Notes: generated from the letters alone by a model not told the origin. DNA of 64,000 bases from the human T2T-CHM13v2.0 reference genome, Homo sapiens (GCF_009914755.1 NC_060942.1); one strand, 5' to 3'. Shown: positions 40,860-54,299, counted from the first letter of the stretch. Numbers and translations are program-made.

Positions 40860-41960
40860 GTTAATCATTCGTTAATCCAAATTATATTTATTGAATGCCA
40901 ATTCTGTGCCAAGGTTTATATTGGGCACTAGGTATATGGCTGTAAATGATCAGACAGACCCCCTCCCTATGGAGCTTACATTGTAATAGAACAGAGAGAC
41001 AATATACAAGTAAATAAAAGAAGTCATTTCAAATTGTGATGAAGTCTATGAAGGACAAATGAAAACAGGCTAAAAGAGAGACAGCATGAATAAGAATAAG
41101 GAATCCTTTAGAGATGATGATGATAGATGAAGGCCACCTGAGGAAGGAATGGCATTTATTCTGAATGGAGCCTCAAGGATGATAGTCATTTACTAAGGGT
41201 GAATGTGCTGGGCATAGGGTAGAAGCCCATCAAACAGAAAGAAAAGCATGTGCAAAGACCTTAGGAGAAGGAAAGGAGCTCAGCGTATTCATGGGACCAG
41301 GAGAAGGCTAGTGTAGAGTGGTAGGAGATGTGTGGAAAAGGTAGGTAGATGCCAGGTATGGGTGCCTTATAGGTCATTGAGAGGGTTCTATTTTTCTCTT
41401 AAGGCCAAAAGTAGTTAATTTAAGATATTTAGCATGAGACATGCCAAACTGAATTGACCATTTAAAATCAGCTTTGCTGCTCTATGGAGGCAGGTCAGAA
41501 GAGTATGAGCAGAAGAATGGAGCCCATTGAGGAAGCTGCTCTAAGAGTCCTAGCTAGAGCCGTGGTGACCAAACGAAAATAGAAGGATGAAAAGTTCTCA
41601 TTTTCTATGGACAAAGCCTGCTGATAGGTTAGTGAGGGAAGATAGAAAAGAAAGGGAGGAATGAGACCTTGGTTCCATATTTCTGGCTTTAGCAAATGGC
41701 TGCTGGTGGTGACTTTCGCTCTTGTGAAAAAGACTAGTAGGCTAGGCAGTTTGTGGGGTGTCAAGCCCTGGGAAGAGAATCCAAAGTTCCAGTTTGAATA
41801 TATCAAATCTGGAAAGCATATGAGAAATATACAGGGAGATGTAAAAAAAAAATTAAATATGCAAATCTAGACTGGAAATCATAGGAAAAACTTGAGCTAC
41901 ATCTAGTAATTTAGACGTCAGCAGCATATAGATAGTACTAAAACATCGTAGGAATGAATA
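40860..41960 (-). mobile_element. L2 LINE 3' region
   Basis: 'tatttattgaatgcc...tgtgcca', 'ccctatggagcttacatt', 'agcatgtgcaaagacc'. Confidence 0.8.
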
Positions 41961-42980
41961 AGATTTCTTCGGCTCTCCTTTGTTCAGAATGACATTTCCT
42001 GAGCATCTTCCTGCCATACAGTCCCCAGAGCATTGGTATTATCTAATAGCTGATGTGTGAAACACATGGTAAATGCTCTTTAAAGTGCTTTGTTATAGAG
42101 ACAGCTGCTGACCTGAGCACTAACAGGTGCTGCCTAGACCCTGCACCTTAGCGTTTTTGTCCCCATCACCAAGCCTTAACAAGTTGCCCCTGCCACGGAT
42201 GTGGAGAGCTCTCAGAACCCCACGATCCACTCACACTGCACCTAAGCTAACTGGGAACTTCCAGAGGCTACTCTACATCCTGAACTAAAGTCCATCACTC
42301 CAAGCACATCTCCACTGGAGCCCATTCTTAACACCTGGTGTGGGCTTGGCTTGTGTCTACTTTTCTGAAATATGTGCCCATAAGGGTATCGGTTGGTATA
42401 AAAAATAGTTCCAGGGTTAAATATTTATTGGAATGATACATTAAATTATGTGAAATACATTTTAAAAGCATAGTACCTTAGTGTATCCTCTCAAATTCTA
42501 CTTGGGATATAGAGATGCCACCTGATGGGTGGCAAAAAGAACCTCAGTGGAAATTATTGGTGCCAGCTATGTGAAGAGCTCTGCCCAACCTGTGTGACTA
42601 GAAAGAAGAAGTGCCCCAGTCCTCTGGAGGTAAAGACCCAGAAGCTGACCCCTTAGACACTTACGAAGATTGTCTGGCATGTCACAAGTATGAAAGCTTG
42701 TGCATGGGAACTAGACACATAATGTAGATGCCGTGACAGCATATAGCACTCTCCTCTTGGGGGGAAAAAGAGCTCTTTTTGTTTATAGAAATGGGAGTTC
42801 ATAGATATTGAGCCTCCCTTTTAAAAAATATTAAAATATTATGTCAGCCTTTAAAAAATAACATTTCCTGATTTTTTGTATAAAATGACAACCTATAGAA
42901 AAGTGATAAAATCTGAAGGGGACACTATGGTAAGTTCAGATGAATTTGGGCTGCATGGGTCTTAGGAAAACTAAGTTCAC

Positions 42981-43420
42981 TGTTGTAGTTAGAGTCAAGT
43001 TCCCTGGAAAACAGATTTTGAGGCAAAGATTTGCATGTGGGAGGTTTATTGGGGCATGGTATCCAGATTACTACCTGTTAGGAAGTTAGAAATGTAGAAT
43101 GAGGCAGAGTTGAACTGGGATGTGGTGTCACAGAGGCCTTGACAACTGGGATGGCTCTTCAGAGTTTTTCCAAATTGTGGCACAAGGGCCAGGGCTTTGT
43201 AACTCCCACATGAACTAGTCATTGGCTATAAAGTACTCTCCAGGAAGTGAATATAAGCTTGGCCAAGGCAGCTCCCTTGGAAGAAGCCAGTTTTTAAGGA
43301 CAGACTCAGCTGTGAGCCATCAGCAGGCAACATGTCAGATAGGAAGGGACTAGCGGCCTCAGCAGTGGACAGTGGGTGGGTGGGGAGGGGGGTGTCTAAG
43401 AAGAGAAAAAGCACAGCCAC
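42981..43420 (-). mobile_element. ERVL LTR (LTR16/LTR33-like)
   Basis: 'ttccctggaaaacagattttgaggcaaagatttgcatgtgggaggtttattgggg', 'agtcattggcta'. Confidence 0.65.
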
Positions 43421-44244
43421 TAAAATTAAAAACAATAAATACAAAGTATCAAGAAAGATATTAAATATTCAATTTGTGTAAAACTTGCATGTAAAATGTT
43501 TTTACCTTTTTACCGAAAAGCTTGAGCTTCTGTGAATGTAACTTTTTATATGTATATGAGGTTGTAATTGTTCCATGTAATTGCCTTTCAGTGATGATGC
43601 CTTCACATTATTCATAGTCACCTTTGATGAGGAACTTTGTTCAATTGGAAATAAAAATATCAAATCATTTTTTACAACTATAGAAACAATTTTAAGATTT
43701 GAAATTATAGTTAAATATTGTGAACTATTTTTCTCATTAGCAAATTGTAGTGTTGATTTTTTTAAATAAAAATATGAATGAATTTTAAATACAATTGAAA
43801 TTTTTCCATAAAAAGAATTTCAAAAGAATGGAGAAGCTCCAGTTTGCAGAATTAGTATTCACCTGGTACCTGGTGTGGTCACCTCTGAAAAAGCAGGAGT
43901 GAACTCTGTAGCTGCTGCTGAAGCAGGGCTCCATACGGTAGGAGACATCTTTAGTGATGCTCAATGCACCACTCAGGCACAAAGATCAGTGCCTGAGAGA
44001 TGGCTGGACACACATTCTGAGCTCTACTCCATTGAAATCACCTTCCTAGGAGCCAAAAATAGAGTTACTCGTTGCAAGAAATGACCAAACAAAAGGCCAT
44101 GCCAAGCCATACACTGCATAGCACTTACAGGCAAAGGAAATTAATGGCATGGTTTAAAAGTAACTGAAAACTGGAAGCAGCGGCTTTTACTGTCCCTGTG
44201 TTAAATACTGGGACAAGGCATTAAGAAAACTTAGCAAAAAATAA

Positions 44245-44850
44245 ATTAATTATCATTATTTGTAGTGGTTATGTTACATAAAGTCACTGTAAACACTGAA
44301 TTGGTGAATATTGAATCATTGCTGCTAGAAGAAAGACAGGGTTAGGTTCCTGAAAGCCTGTACAAAAACACACACACACACACACACACATTGGTGATTC
44401 GTTAACAAAGAGTTCATAGCCAACAGCACTATAACTCACGCTTAAAGGAAGTTTACATAACACATATTTTTCCCCACTAAGGCACATCACAGCCTTCTTG
44501 GGCTTAGGAACACTAGAAAGCATGTTAGCACTATGCCTTGAGCCCATTTTAAACAGAGAAATCACTCACAAAAAAACACAAAAATGCAAAATAACATGAC
44601 ATGAAATAGACCACAAAGGACAGGTATTTACATTATAAGAACTGAAGCAAGAGGCAGAGTGCTGCTTTGTTCAATCTTTTTTGGGAATATGTGCATTAAG
44701 CAAATCAATTTTTTCCCACTCTGATATATCTAGAATGTGATCCCCAATGTCCATGAAAGTGCCACAAACATTGATTTGGGACTTACAAATAAATTTTAGT
44801 GAGTAGGCAAATACACACATAATGAATCTGTGAATAATGAGGATTGACTG
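44245..44850 (-). mobile_element. MER82 (TcMar-Tigger) with internal (CA)n
   Basis: 'taaggcacatcacagccttcttgggcttaggaacactag', terminus 'gaataatgaggattgactg' followed by ta. Confidence 0.88.
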
Positions 44851-44854
44851 TACT

Positions 44855-45160
44855 TAGTCCTGGAAAATAAGGTCATGAACCAACTAAAACAGCTTCTTGT
44901 GCAGGCTCACTTGAAGATCCTCACCTCCCTGGGCCCACCAATCTAAAACTATTATGTCATAATCTCTGCCCACTTCTAGCCAGTTCATCTTCCAAGATTA
45001 CTCCCAAAATCACTCAGTCAAGGTCCTATAATGACCACTCCCTAATTTTTTCGATTTTGAGATACTACTAAGACAGTGTTTTCTCTTAGACTGCAGTAAG
45101 TCTAATAAACTTAGCTGTGCATGATAAACTGTTTCTTTCTATTGATCTTTTGGTGAGTTT
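44855..45160 (+). mobile_element. Probable old ERV1-type LTR 3' portion (may also include ~44030-44240)
   Basis: 'ttgagatactactaagac...gtaagtctaataaacttagc' resembles the polyA-signal region of MER67/MER92-type LTRs. Confidence 0.4.
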
Positions 45161-45394
45161 ATAGTTAGTACCATTTTCAGGACAACTGTATTCTAGGAAT
45201 GTGTGTTTGGAGAGAGAAAGGACACAGAGAAGACAACTGAGAAACAGCATTATCAGTGAGTTAGGAAGCAAGTTAAGAGATCACTGTTACAGAAGTTGAT
45301 AGAAACAAGCATGTTAAGAGGGGACACACTTCCTATAACAATTTCCACATGAAAAAAGTTATTTTAGGGTTCTCTTGCTAAGAAGTTATCACCC

Positions 45395-45795
45395 AGTGTT
45401 AGTCCGTTTTGCATTGCTACAATATATCAGTTAAGGCTGGGTAATTTATAAAGAAAAGGAGCTTATTTTAGCTTATGGTTCTGCAGGCTGTACATGAAGC
45501 ATATTTCTGGCACCTGCTTTTGGTGGGGAGCCCAGGAAGCTTACAATAATGGCAGAAGGCGAAGGGGAGCCAGCGTGTCACATGGTGAGAGAGGGAGTAG
45601 GAGAGAGAAGTGGGAGGTCCCAGACTCTTTTCAACAACCAGATCTTGCAGTAATGCATTGTCGCTAGGAGGGTACCAAGCCATTCATGAGGGATCTGTCT
45701 CCATGACCCAAACACCTCCCCCTAGGCCCAACTCCAACGTGGAGGATCACATTTCAACTCAAGATTTGGAGAGGACGCACATCCAAACCATGTTA
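45395..45795 (-). mobile_element. MSTB solo LTR
   Basis: 'ggctgggtaatttataaagaaaag', 'atggcagaaggcgaaggggagc'; TSD caccc on both sides. Confidence 0.92.
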
Positions 45796-46009
45796 CACCC
45801 CAAGTAATTTGTTGCTTTGTCCTTTCTGAAAATGTGAGCAAGATAATCAAATGTTTCTTACTGCTTTTGCTGCCAAAAACCTGAGTCAGACTGCGTACTC
45901 AAGCGAAGCCTGATAATAACATCAACTTGAGCAGTGGACAGCTTGACTCTATGGTCTTTTTTCCTTAGTCATACTTTTATATATATTTCTATTTTATTTG
46001 CCTGTTTTT

Positions 46010-46597
46010 GTTTAGTGTAGTTTCAAGGAGCCCCAGGACCACCCACATGTTTGGTGACTCGCAAGACTCCAAGGAAATTGCAGTCATCACTGTGTTTTAT
46101 TACAACAAAAGGGTACACAGAAGGATCAACAGAGGAAAAGATGCATCAGGCAGAATTCAGGAACAGGCTTCCAAAGTCCTCTCTCACAGGGTTGGGGAGA
46201 AGGGAGAAGGGTGGTTACACAATGTACTCTTCCTCTAGCAATGAAATACAGCAGCACATGTGCAGTGCTTTTTCCCAGTGTTCTTTAGAGTACAGAGGTT
46301 TTATTAGCAGCTGATCCCATAGGTCCTCTTTGCCTGTGTCACCAGTCACGATTACCAAAATTTACACTCCCAGAAGGAAAGCAGGTGTTCACCATAAATC
46401 ACATTGTTTGCACAAAGAGTTTAGACGAGGTAATATGGCAGGACTTGGTACCTCATGCATACAAGACAGACATCAGTTAGTAATGTAAAAAAAAATTCTA
46501 AAAGTTAAGTTATCAGATCCCAGACAGGTGCTAGCCACATAAGTAGGTCTTTTTAAAGAGCAAGACAAGCCTGTAAAGACTGACTGTTTACTGCACC
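46010..46597 (-). mobile_element. MER77/MER21C-like LTR
   Basis: 'ccccaggaccacccacatgtttggtgactcgc', 'aaagcaggtgttcaccataaatcacattgtt'. Confidence 0.65.
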
Positions 46598-46899
46598 GTT
46601 TATGTCTACATTCTTTATGTAAACCATAAAAAATTCTTTTTGAAAAAAGAACATTTAAAAAATCATTAATTAGAACTCTTATCTATATGCGGCCTAATCA
46701 TTGGTTGGAATTTAATCTCCAGCCTGCTTCTGCTGTACTTACCCAAGGTAACACCTCAATTGTCCTTTCTTATAAAGCCTGTGTATGGCTTAAACTTTTA
46801 TACTTCTGATTCCTGCTGCATGAAGTCCCTTCTTAGAATACTCTGCAATTCAATACACACTGTAATTTTATCCAAATGTCCTTGTTTATTACATTTCTT

Positions 46900-47030
46900 T
46901 TGTCTGGCAGGTCCATGAAGACAGGGAAGAATTCTGCTTAGTTATCTGCCATATAGCCAACACCCGAGGCATTGGTACATAGTAGGCACTCAATAAACAT
47001 TTGATGAATGTTTATTAATAAATGAACAGA
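46900..47030 (+). mobile_element. L2 3' terminus
   Basis: 'ggtacatagtaggcactcaataaacatttgatgaatg'. Confidence 0.75.
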
Positions 47031-47374
47031 TGTGAGATTCCTTCTGTATCTTTGAAAATATTATGCTGCTTAACAGAAAATACTTTCCAGCTTTGAAACA
47101 TTTTTTTTAAATGTTGAAAATCAGAGGTAAAAAGCTTATTCTATTTGTTTCCTCATTTGTTCAGCAATTTATAACGTTATGAGATTATCAGATTATTTTG
47201 TGGAATCACATACTTAGAAGAAAGAGATATTCAATGGAAAAGTTTTTTCTGTTCTTTAGCGCAAATGTAGAAAAGCAAGTTTTACTTAACCCTATTATTA
47301 TTTCACGTTGGAAAATTTATTTGATGAGTATTTTTAGTTATGTTAGTTGTGACCAACAGATTAGCCAATACTCT

Positions 47375-47642
47375 TTTTTTTTTTATTATTTAAAGAGGAT
47401 CTTGCTGTCTTACCAGGCTGGAGTGCAGTGGCATGATCACAGCTCAGTTCAGCCTCCACCTTTGAAGCTCAATTGATCCTCCCACCTCAGCCTCCTGAGT
47501 AACTGGGACTACAGGTGCATACCACCACACCTGACTAATTTTTGTGGGTATTTTTTTTTGTAGAGATGAGGTTTTGCCATGTTGCCCAGGCTTGTCTCCA
47601 GCTCCTGAACTTAAGCAATCCTCCTATCTCACCACGCCCAGT
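47375..47642 (-). mobile_element. AluJ with a left-arm deletion
   Basis: Antisense AluJ; TSD ccaatactct/ccattactct. Confidence 0.88.
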
Positions 47643-48500
47643 CCATTACTCTGTATCTGAAGGAAGCCTCGAGTAGCCTAGAGGCAAGAAATATAAAGAA
47701 AAATCCTGAATGTATAGTTGACCATTACTTTAATATAGGTTAAAGTGTAACACAGATAAACCCTAAGGTAGCATTAATAAATGTGCATACAATGACTAAA
47801 TCATGAGAAATAACAATTCTGCTTTGTGCAGGGATCAGGCCAATCTGGAATCTAGTCAGTTCCCTTCTTAGGGATTTGTGATATTCCCCAGATTAACCAC
47901 ATATAGAGAGCTCAGAATGCATTTGTACAGGAAATAATGTAATACCTTTCATTGTTAGTAATGATTCAGTCCCCAGATCAACCAACAAAAGCCAATTTAG
48001 CCAATGGTGTACCTTAATTATAAGAACATAATAGCATCAAAAGATAAAGCCAGCATTTATAGCAAGGTTTCCATGGGAGCACACATACAGTGCCACAAGG
48101 TCCCAGCCTAGGTAATCTAGACTGTCATATGTGTTTTGGATATAGAAATAGAAATTACCCTTCTCCATGTCCTTCCATGTGAAATGACAAAATAAAAATT
48201 ATTTTAATTTTAAGGTGTTCAGAGGGTTCCCCAAGGCCCAGGCTCCAACACAGCCACTCTAGAAGGTAAAACTAGGAACCAACACTTGAAACATGAAAGT
48301 GAGTTATAATCAGACAATTTTTATCTACAGGAGTTGCTAAAAATGAGGGGGAAAACACCTTCCTAATGAAAGAATGAGATTCATACATTAGATATATCCA
48401 AACCAAGTCTAAAATACCATGTGGAGAAAGGTTATAGGAAGGTTTTTGTACTAGATGGGACTGGGAATCTCTCACAAGAGTTTTAAAATTATTTAAATCT

Positions 48501-48822
48501 GCCTGGCACAGTGGCTCACGTTTGTTATCCTAGCAGTTTTGGAGGGTGAGGCAGACAGATTGCTGGCGCCCAGGAGTTCAGGACCAGCCTGGGCAACATG
48601 GCAAAATCCCATTTCTACAAAAAATATATAACTTAGCTGGGTGTCGTGGCATGCACCTGTAGTCCCAGCTGCTCGGGAGGCTGAGGTGTGAGGATCGCTT
48701 CAGCCCAGGCTGTTGAAGCTGCTGTGAGCCAATTGTGCCAATACACTCCAGCCTGGAAAACAGAACGAGATCCTGTCAAAAAAAGAATGAAAGAAAATAG
48801 AAAAATACATACATACATACAT
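48501..48822 (+). mobile_element. AluJ with (TACA)n tail
   Basis: Dimeric Alu; TSD aaaatt(a/c)tttaaatct. Confidence 0.9.
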
Positions 48823-50226
48823 AAAATTCTTTAAATCTAATTTGAATTGAAAAATATGGCATATAGGTGTCACTTTTCTTCTCTCTTTTTCTCTCTGAAC
48901 AGTCATTCACTGGAACAAGCTCTTAGCTCTTTTATTTTCATTTTTCTCCTTTGGTTTAAGACTCAAGACAATTAAAAATACCTGTGGTGGAAAATTGAAA
49001 TAGTGTTGAGCAATGGAGACAATGTGCTTAATTACTGTGAGATGGGGGATAGGCAGTAAATGATTCTTATGTCAATTTGAAGACATCAGCACTCACATTG
49101 CTCACATGATATGGACTGTGACCTGATCTCACATTTATTCAATTACGCCAAGGAGTAAAATTCCACTTTTTTTCCTTTTCACATCTGCCAAATCAGCAAC
49201 ACTTTTTGATTTATTGCAATAGTTATTACTATCACTAGCGCAAATACTGAGGACTGAGTAAAAGTGGGTGATGCAAAAATCTTACATAAAGAAATGATTA
49301 TGAGACAATGGATCAAAACTAGACAGCAAAGGCTCTAACTCTGTACTAGCACTAACACTAGGCAAGTCAATTGCATTCTTGAGATGTTGGTTACCATATC
49401 CACCAAATAAAGTTACAGGATTTGATATTGTTAAAGTTTTCCTCCCCCACCCCCCAGACTTTCTATTCATATCAATAGATTCTACGTCTCTCATCATATC
49501 GTTGGAGCTTAATTTTTATATTTATCTTCCCCCAAAACTGTTGGATTTTCTACAGCCTTATTTCTTCATATTTTAGTATATGAGAACTAAGAATTCTGTC
49601 AAAAGTAATCGTTGGTAACCTATCATTATCAATGGGGACCATGGACATTTTTAGAACTAACTTGATAATTTTAAGTCTCATGAATTTTAGAATACAAAAG
49701 TACTCCCATATCATGAAGCTCAGTAGAATCACAGAGAACATATGGTTTCCCCTGACCTCTGCTTTGGTTTAAAAATGGGGAAACTGAGGCCAAGGAAAAC
49801 CAACCTAGGACTAGTTGTCATTGTTAATATTACTATACAAAGGATTGTAGAAAGAGAAAATAAATTTTAAGAACTAAATAATACAATAATCATCTAGTTG
49901 GTCTAATTGTCATTTTGAGGAGAAACATGACAAGACTTCCTTTTGGAAATAACACATACATTTTATTTTAGAGTAGAATTTTGGACCAACTGAGAGTAAC
50001 AGTGTAATCTTTGTGGATGAGGGTATGTGTGTCTTCAAATATTTCTTGCTTGAGAAGGCTGTAAATGAAGAACTACCCATTAGCCATGAAGACGAAGACC
50101 ATAAACAAGTCTTACATTCTACATCTGAAACCAGTGTTCATGCCTACCTCTTCTCTCAAGAGACCTGACACACGACTCTCTGAGCCACCTTCACACTCAA
50201 ATACACAAGATCTCTGTGATAAACTT

Positions 50227-51745
50227 GGGAGGGCAGATATCTCTTTAACACACTGATTTCATTTTCTTTGGATAGATACTCATTGATGAGATTGCGGAAT
50301 CATATGCTAGTTCTCTTTCTAATTTTTTGAGGCGCTTTCATACTGTTTCTATAAAGACTGTATTAACTTACATTTCTACCAATCAAATGTAAGAGTTTTC
50401 CTTTCTTCAGCTTCTCTTCAGCATTTGCTATTTTTTGTCATCTTAATGATAGCCATTCTAACTGGGGTAAAGTGATACCTCATAGTTTTGGTTTACATTT
50501 CTCCGATGATTAGTGATGTTGAATTTTTTTTAATCTACCTGTTGGCCATTTGTATGTCTCCTTTTGAAAAATGTCCATTCAGACCTTTGGCCCATTTTTA
50601 TTGTATTATATGGGTTTTTTTGCTGTTGAATTGTTTGAGTTTCTCACATATTCTGGATATTAATCCATAGACAGATGCATAGTTTCTGAATATTTTCTCT
50701 CATGTTTATTGCAGTACTATTCACAACAGCCAAGGTATGTGATATGATTTGGGTCTGTGTCCCCACCCAAGTCTCATGTTCAATTAGAATCTGCAATGTT
50801 GGAAGTGGGGCCTAGTGGGAGGTGACGGGATCATGGGGGCTGTTTTCTCATGAATGATTTAGCACCATCCCCTGGCACATCCTCATAACAGTGAATGAGT
50901 TCTTGAGAGATCTGGTCGTTTAAAAGTGTGTAGCATCTCCCACCTCCCTCTCTTGCTTCTGCTTTTGCCACGTGATGTGTCTGCTCCCCGTTTGCATTCA
51001 GCCATGATTGTGAGCTTCCTGAGGCCTCCCTGGAAGCTGAGCAGGTGTTAGCACCACACTTCCTATAAAGCCTGTAGAACTGTGAGCCAGTTAAACCTCT
51101 TTGCTTTATAAATTACCCAGTCTCAAGTATTTCTTTATAGCAATGCAAGAATGGCCTAATACAATATGATTGAATGAACGTAAGTGTCCATCAATGAATA
51201 AAAAGATTTGAAAAATGTGTTATGTATCACAGTGAAATACAATTCAGCCATAAAAAGAACAAAATTCTGTCATTTGTTTCTTGGACAAATCTAGTGAATA
51301 TTATATTAAGTGAAATAGATCAGGTCCAGAAGGACAAATACTGCATGATCTCATGTACTTGTGGAACCTCAAAAGATTGATCTCATAGAAGTAGACAGTA
51401 GAATAGTGATTACCAGAGACTGGAGAGTAAGGGGAGGGGAGTATGGGGAAACGTTTGTCGATGAGTACAAAGCTACAGTTAAATAGGAGGAATAAGTTCC
51501 TGCGTTCTATAGCATTGTAGGGTGTCTATAGTCAACAATAATGTATTGCATACTTCAAAATAACTAGAAGAAAAGATTTTGAATATTCTCACCACATAGA
51601 AATGACAAGTGTTTTGGATGATAGACATACCGATTGCCTGATTTGGTTATTACACGATGTACTGAAACATTACACTGTACCCCATAAATACGTACAATTA
51701 TTATGCATCAATTAAAAAAAATAAAACTTCAAAAATAAAAAAAAA
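50227..51745 (+). mobile_element. L1MA 3' end with 5' inversion (50227-50700 antisense, 50701-51745 sense), interrupted by MSTA
   Basis: Antisense L1 text switches to sense 'catgtttattgcag' at 50701 and ends in an A-rich tail. Confidence 0.88.
50740..51163 (+). mobile_element. MSTA solo LTR
   Basis: tgatatgatttgg...ggcctaataca; TSD gtatg/atatg. Confidence 0.92.
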
Positions 51746-51746
51746 T

Positions 51747-52061
51747 GGCCAAGTGTGGAGGCTCATATCTGTAATCCCAGCATTTTGGGAGGCTGAGGCA
51801 GCAGGATCACTTGAAGCCAGGAGCTCAAGACCAGCCTGGGCAACATAGCAAAATCTCATCTCTACAACGTTAAAAATATATATATATATTAGCCAGGCTT
51901 GGTGGCATGCTTCTATAGTTTTAGCTCCTCAGGAGGCTGGGGCAGGAGGATGACTTGACCCCAGGAGTTTGGGGTTGCAGTCAGCTATGATCCTGCCACT
52001 GCACTCCAGCCTGGGCAGCACAGAGAGACCCTGTCTCAAAAAAAAAAAAAAAAAAAAAAAA
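51747..52061 (+). mobile_element. AluJ inserted at the L1 A-rich tail
   Basis: J features 'gagctcaagaccagcctgggcaacatagc', 'agctatgatc'; poly(A) tail. Confidence 0.9.
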
Positions 52062-52234
52062 TTATATTCTGGGTGACACGATTAATATTTAGCATAAGAG
52101 GAATTTCTCTGCTCTAAATGAAACTCTGTCTTTGGGAGTAAAGTTCTCAATAAATATTCTATTAACTTGTGCTTGTGCCCAATTTGTGAGTGTTTAGTGT
52201 CAGTTTAAACAAACAATTAGAAAAAAATCAAAGA

Positions 52235-52544
<310 letters not shown>

Positions 52545-53486
52545 TCAAAGAAAAGCACCACCCAAAAAAGGAATTTCTGAGCTTATAGTGCCAATAGGAC
52601 ATCTAAAACAGATATGAAAGGCTAAATAACAGATATTAATTGCAAATATTCAGCAGCATTTTTAAAAGGCCCCTTGAGTACAAGTATATTATGCCCCTAA
52701 GGAAAAGGCAATCATTGCCAATGAACAGGTCTGTGTATCACCAAAGCTTAATGCTTACTTGTAAAGTTAGATGTAGAAGAAGAATCTCTACTCCCCAGCA
52801 CTTACCTCTAAAATTTGACTACTTTACATGCACTGTGGAGCCTATTTTAATCAATTTCCCAGTATGTTTTCCCTCTTTTTGTCTTATATCTATGTTCTGG
52901 ATTCTGAGACAGACATAACTTTATTTAGCCAAATTACTCTGGGTTCTTAATCCCTATCTGGGTGTTTATGTTTGTTTTGTTTTCGTATGGTTCAGTTTGG
53001 TTTGGCTTTTCTTCCTTTCCATTTATTTTGCACAGTCATTTGCATCCCACTTCCCCATTAGACAATCACAGGGAAGCTGGAGAGATCCCATCTGTGCTTT
53101 TTCAGGGGGCAAAATCAACCAACTCAGGGACAGGTGGAGCAGGCAGCGGGAAGGTGACCCCAGGCACGCAGCAGGTGGATGGAGCAGTGCGGGAAACCAG
53201 CAGGCAGCAGGCAGCATGAAGGGCAGAAAGGCCCAGCCTGCCTATGTCCAGGCAGCAAATCAAGCAGAGGTTAGCAGGTAAGAAGGGTGACAGGAGGGCA
53301 GAGCCAGGCATGTGACCAGGGGAAGGGAGAACCAGAAGGCAATTAGCTGGGGGGAGAGGGCAGATGGAGGGCACCCACCAACAATTACCAGGGGAAAGAG
53401 TAGCAGGAGGGTAATAATAGGAGGCAGTTCTGAGGGGCGAGAGGACATCAGACAGGTGACATGCAACAGCAGCAAGAAGACCCGGC

Positions 53487-54221
53487 TGATTTACCTGGAA
53501 AAAAGCATTGAGCAAAGAACCTCACCACCTCTGGAGCAGCACTAAGCAGTCAGTGGGCCCAGAGGCAACCAAGAGAGGTGACCTCAAGAATGTGTAACCT
53601 CTGGGGTCTGGGTGTCTGTTACAAGTCCCCAACTCTGGAGGTCTTGCAGCGGGAAATATTTGCACTCTGCACATTGGTTTTTTCCTTGAGGGATTTCAGA
53701 AAAGTGCTGTAGGGTGACTGTACAGAGAAAGTGTACACCAACTGTGCTAGTTTAGGCTGCTATAACCAAGCACCCTAGATTGAGTGGTTTATGAAGAACA
53801 GAAATTTATTTCTCACAGTTATGGAGGCTAGAAATCTCAGATTAGGGTGCCAGCGTGGTCAGGCTCTGGTGAGGGACTACATCTGGATTGTAGACTAACA
53901 TTTGTATCCTCATGTGGTGGAAAGAAAGGTGAGAAATCTCTCTGGAGTCTCTTTTATGAAGGCATTAATCCCCTTCATGTGGACTTCGCGCTAATGACCT
54001 AATTACCTACTAAAGGCCTCACCTCCTACTACAACCACTGGGGATTAGGACTGCAACATATGAATTGGGGGAACATAAGTGACTTACCTGGGAAAAAGCA
54101 TTGAGAGAAGAACCTCACCACCCCTGGAGCAGCACCAAGCAGTCAGTGGGCCCAGAGGCAACCAAGAGGGGTGACCCAAAGAATGTGTGGCCTCTGGGGT
54201 CTGGGAGTCTGTTACAAGTCC
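53487..54221 (+). repeat. Dispersed 142-bp direct repeat: 53487-53628 and 54080-54221
   Basis: Ungapped alignment at offset 593, about 12 mismatches by manual count. Confidence 0.95.
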
Positions 54222-54227
54222 ACTACA
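53743..54227 (-). mobile_element. MLT1A-like solo LTR carrying a foreign insertion
   Basis: 'aacagaaatttatttctcacagtt', 'taatgacctaattacct', 'caacatatgaattggggg'; TSD ccaac at 53738 and 54228. Confidence 0.9.
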
Positions 54228-54299
54228 CCAACGGCAGTGTATGCCATTAATGACCAGGTCCAATTTTTTTAAAATGGAGAAAAATGTAATTCAGGTATT

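Noticed and set aside
52962-53545. Dense overlapping ORFs on both strands
   Set aside because: Explained by locally higher GC and few stop codons; no recognisable domain or convincing exon structure.
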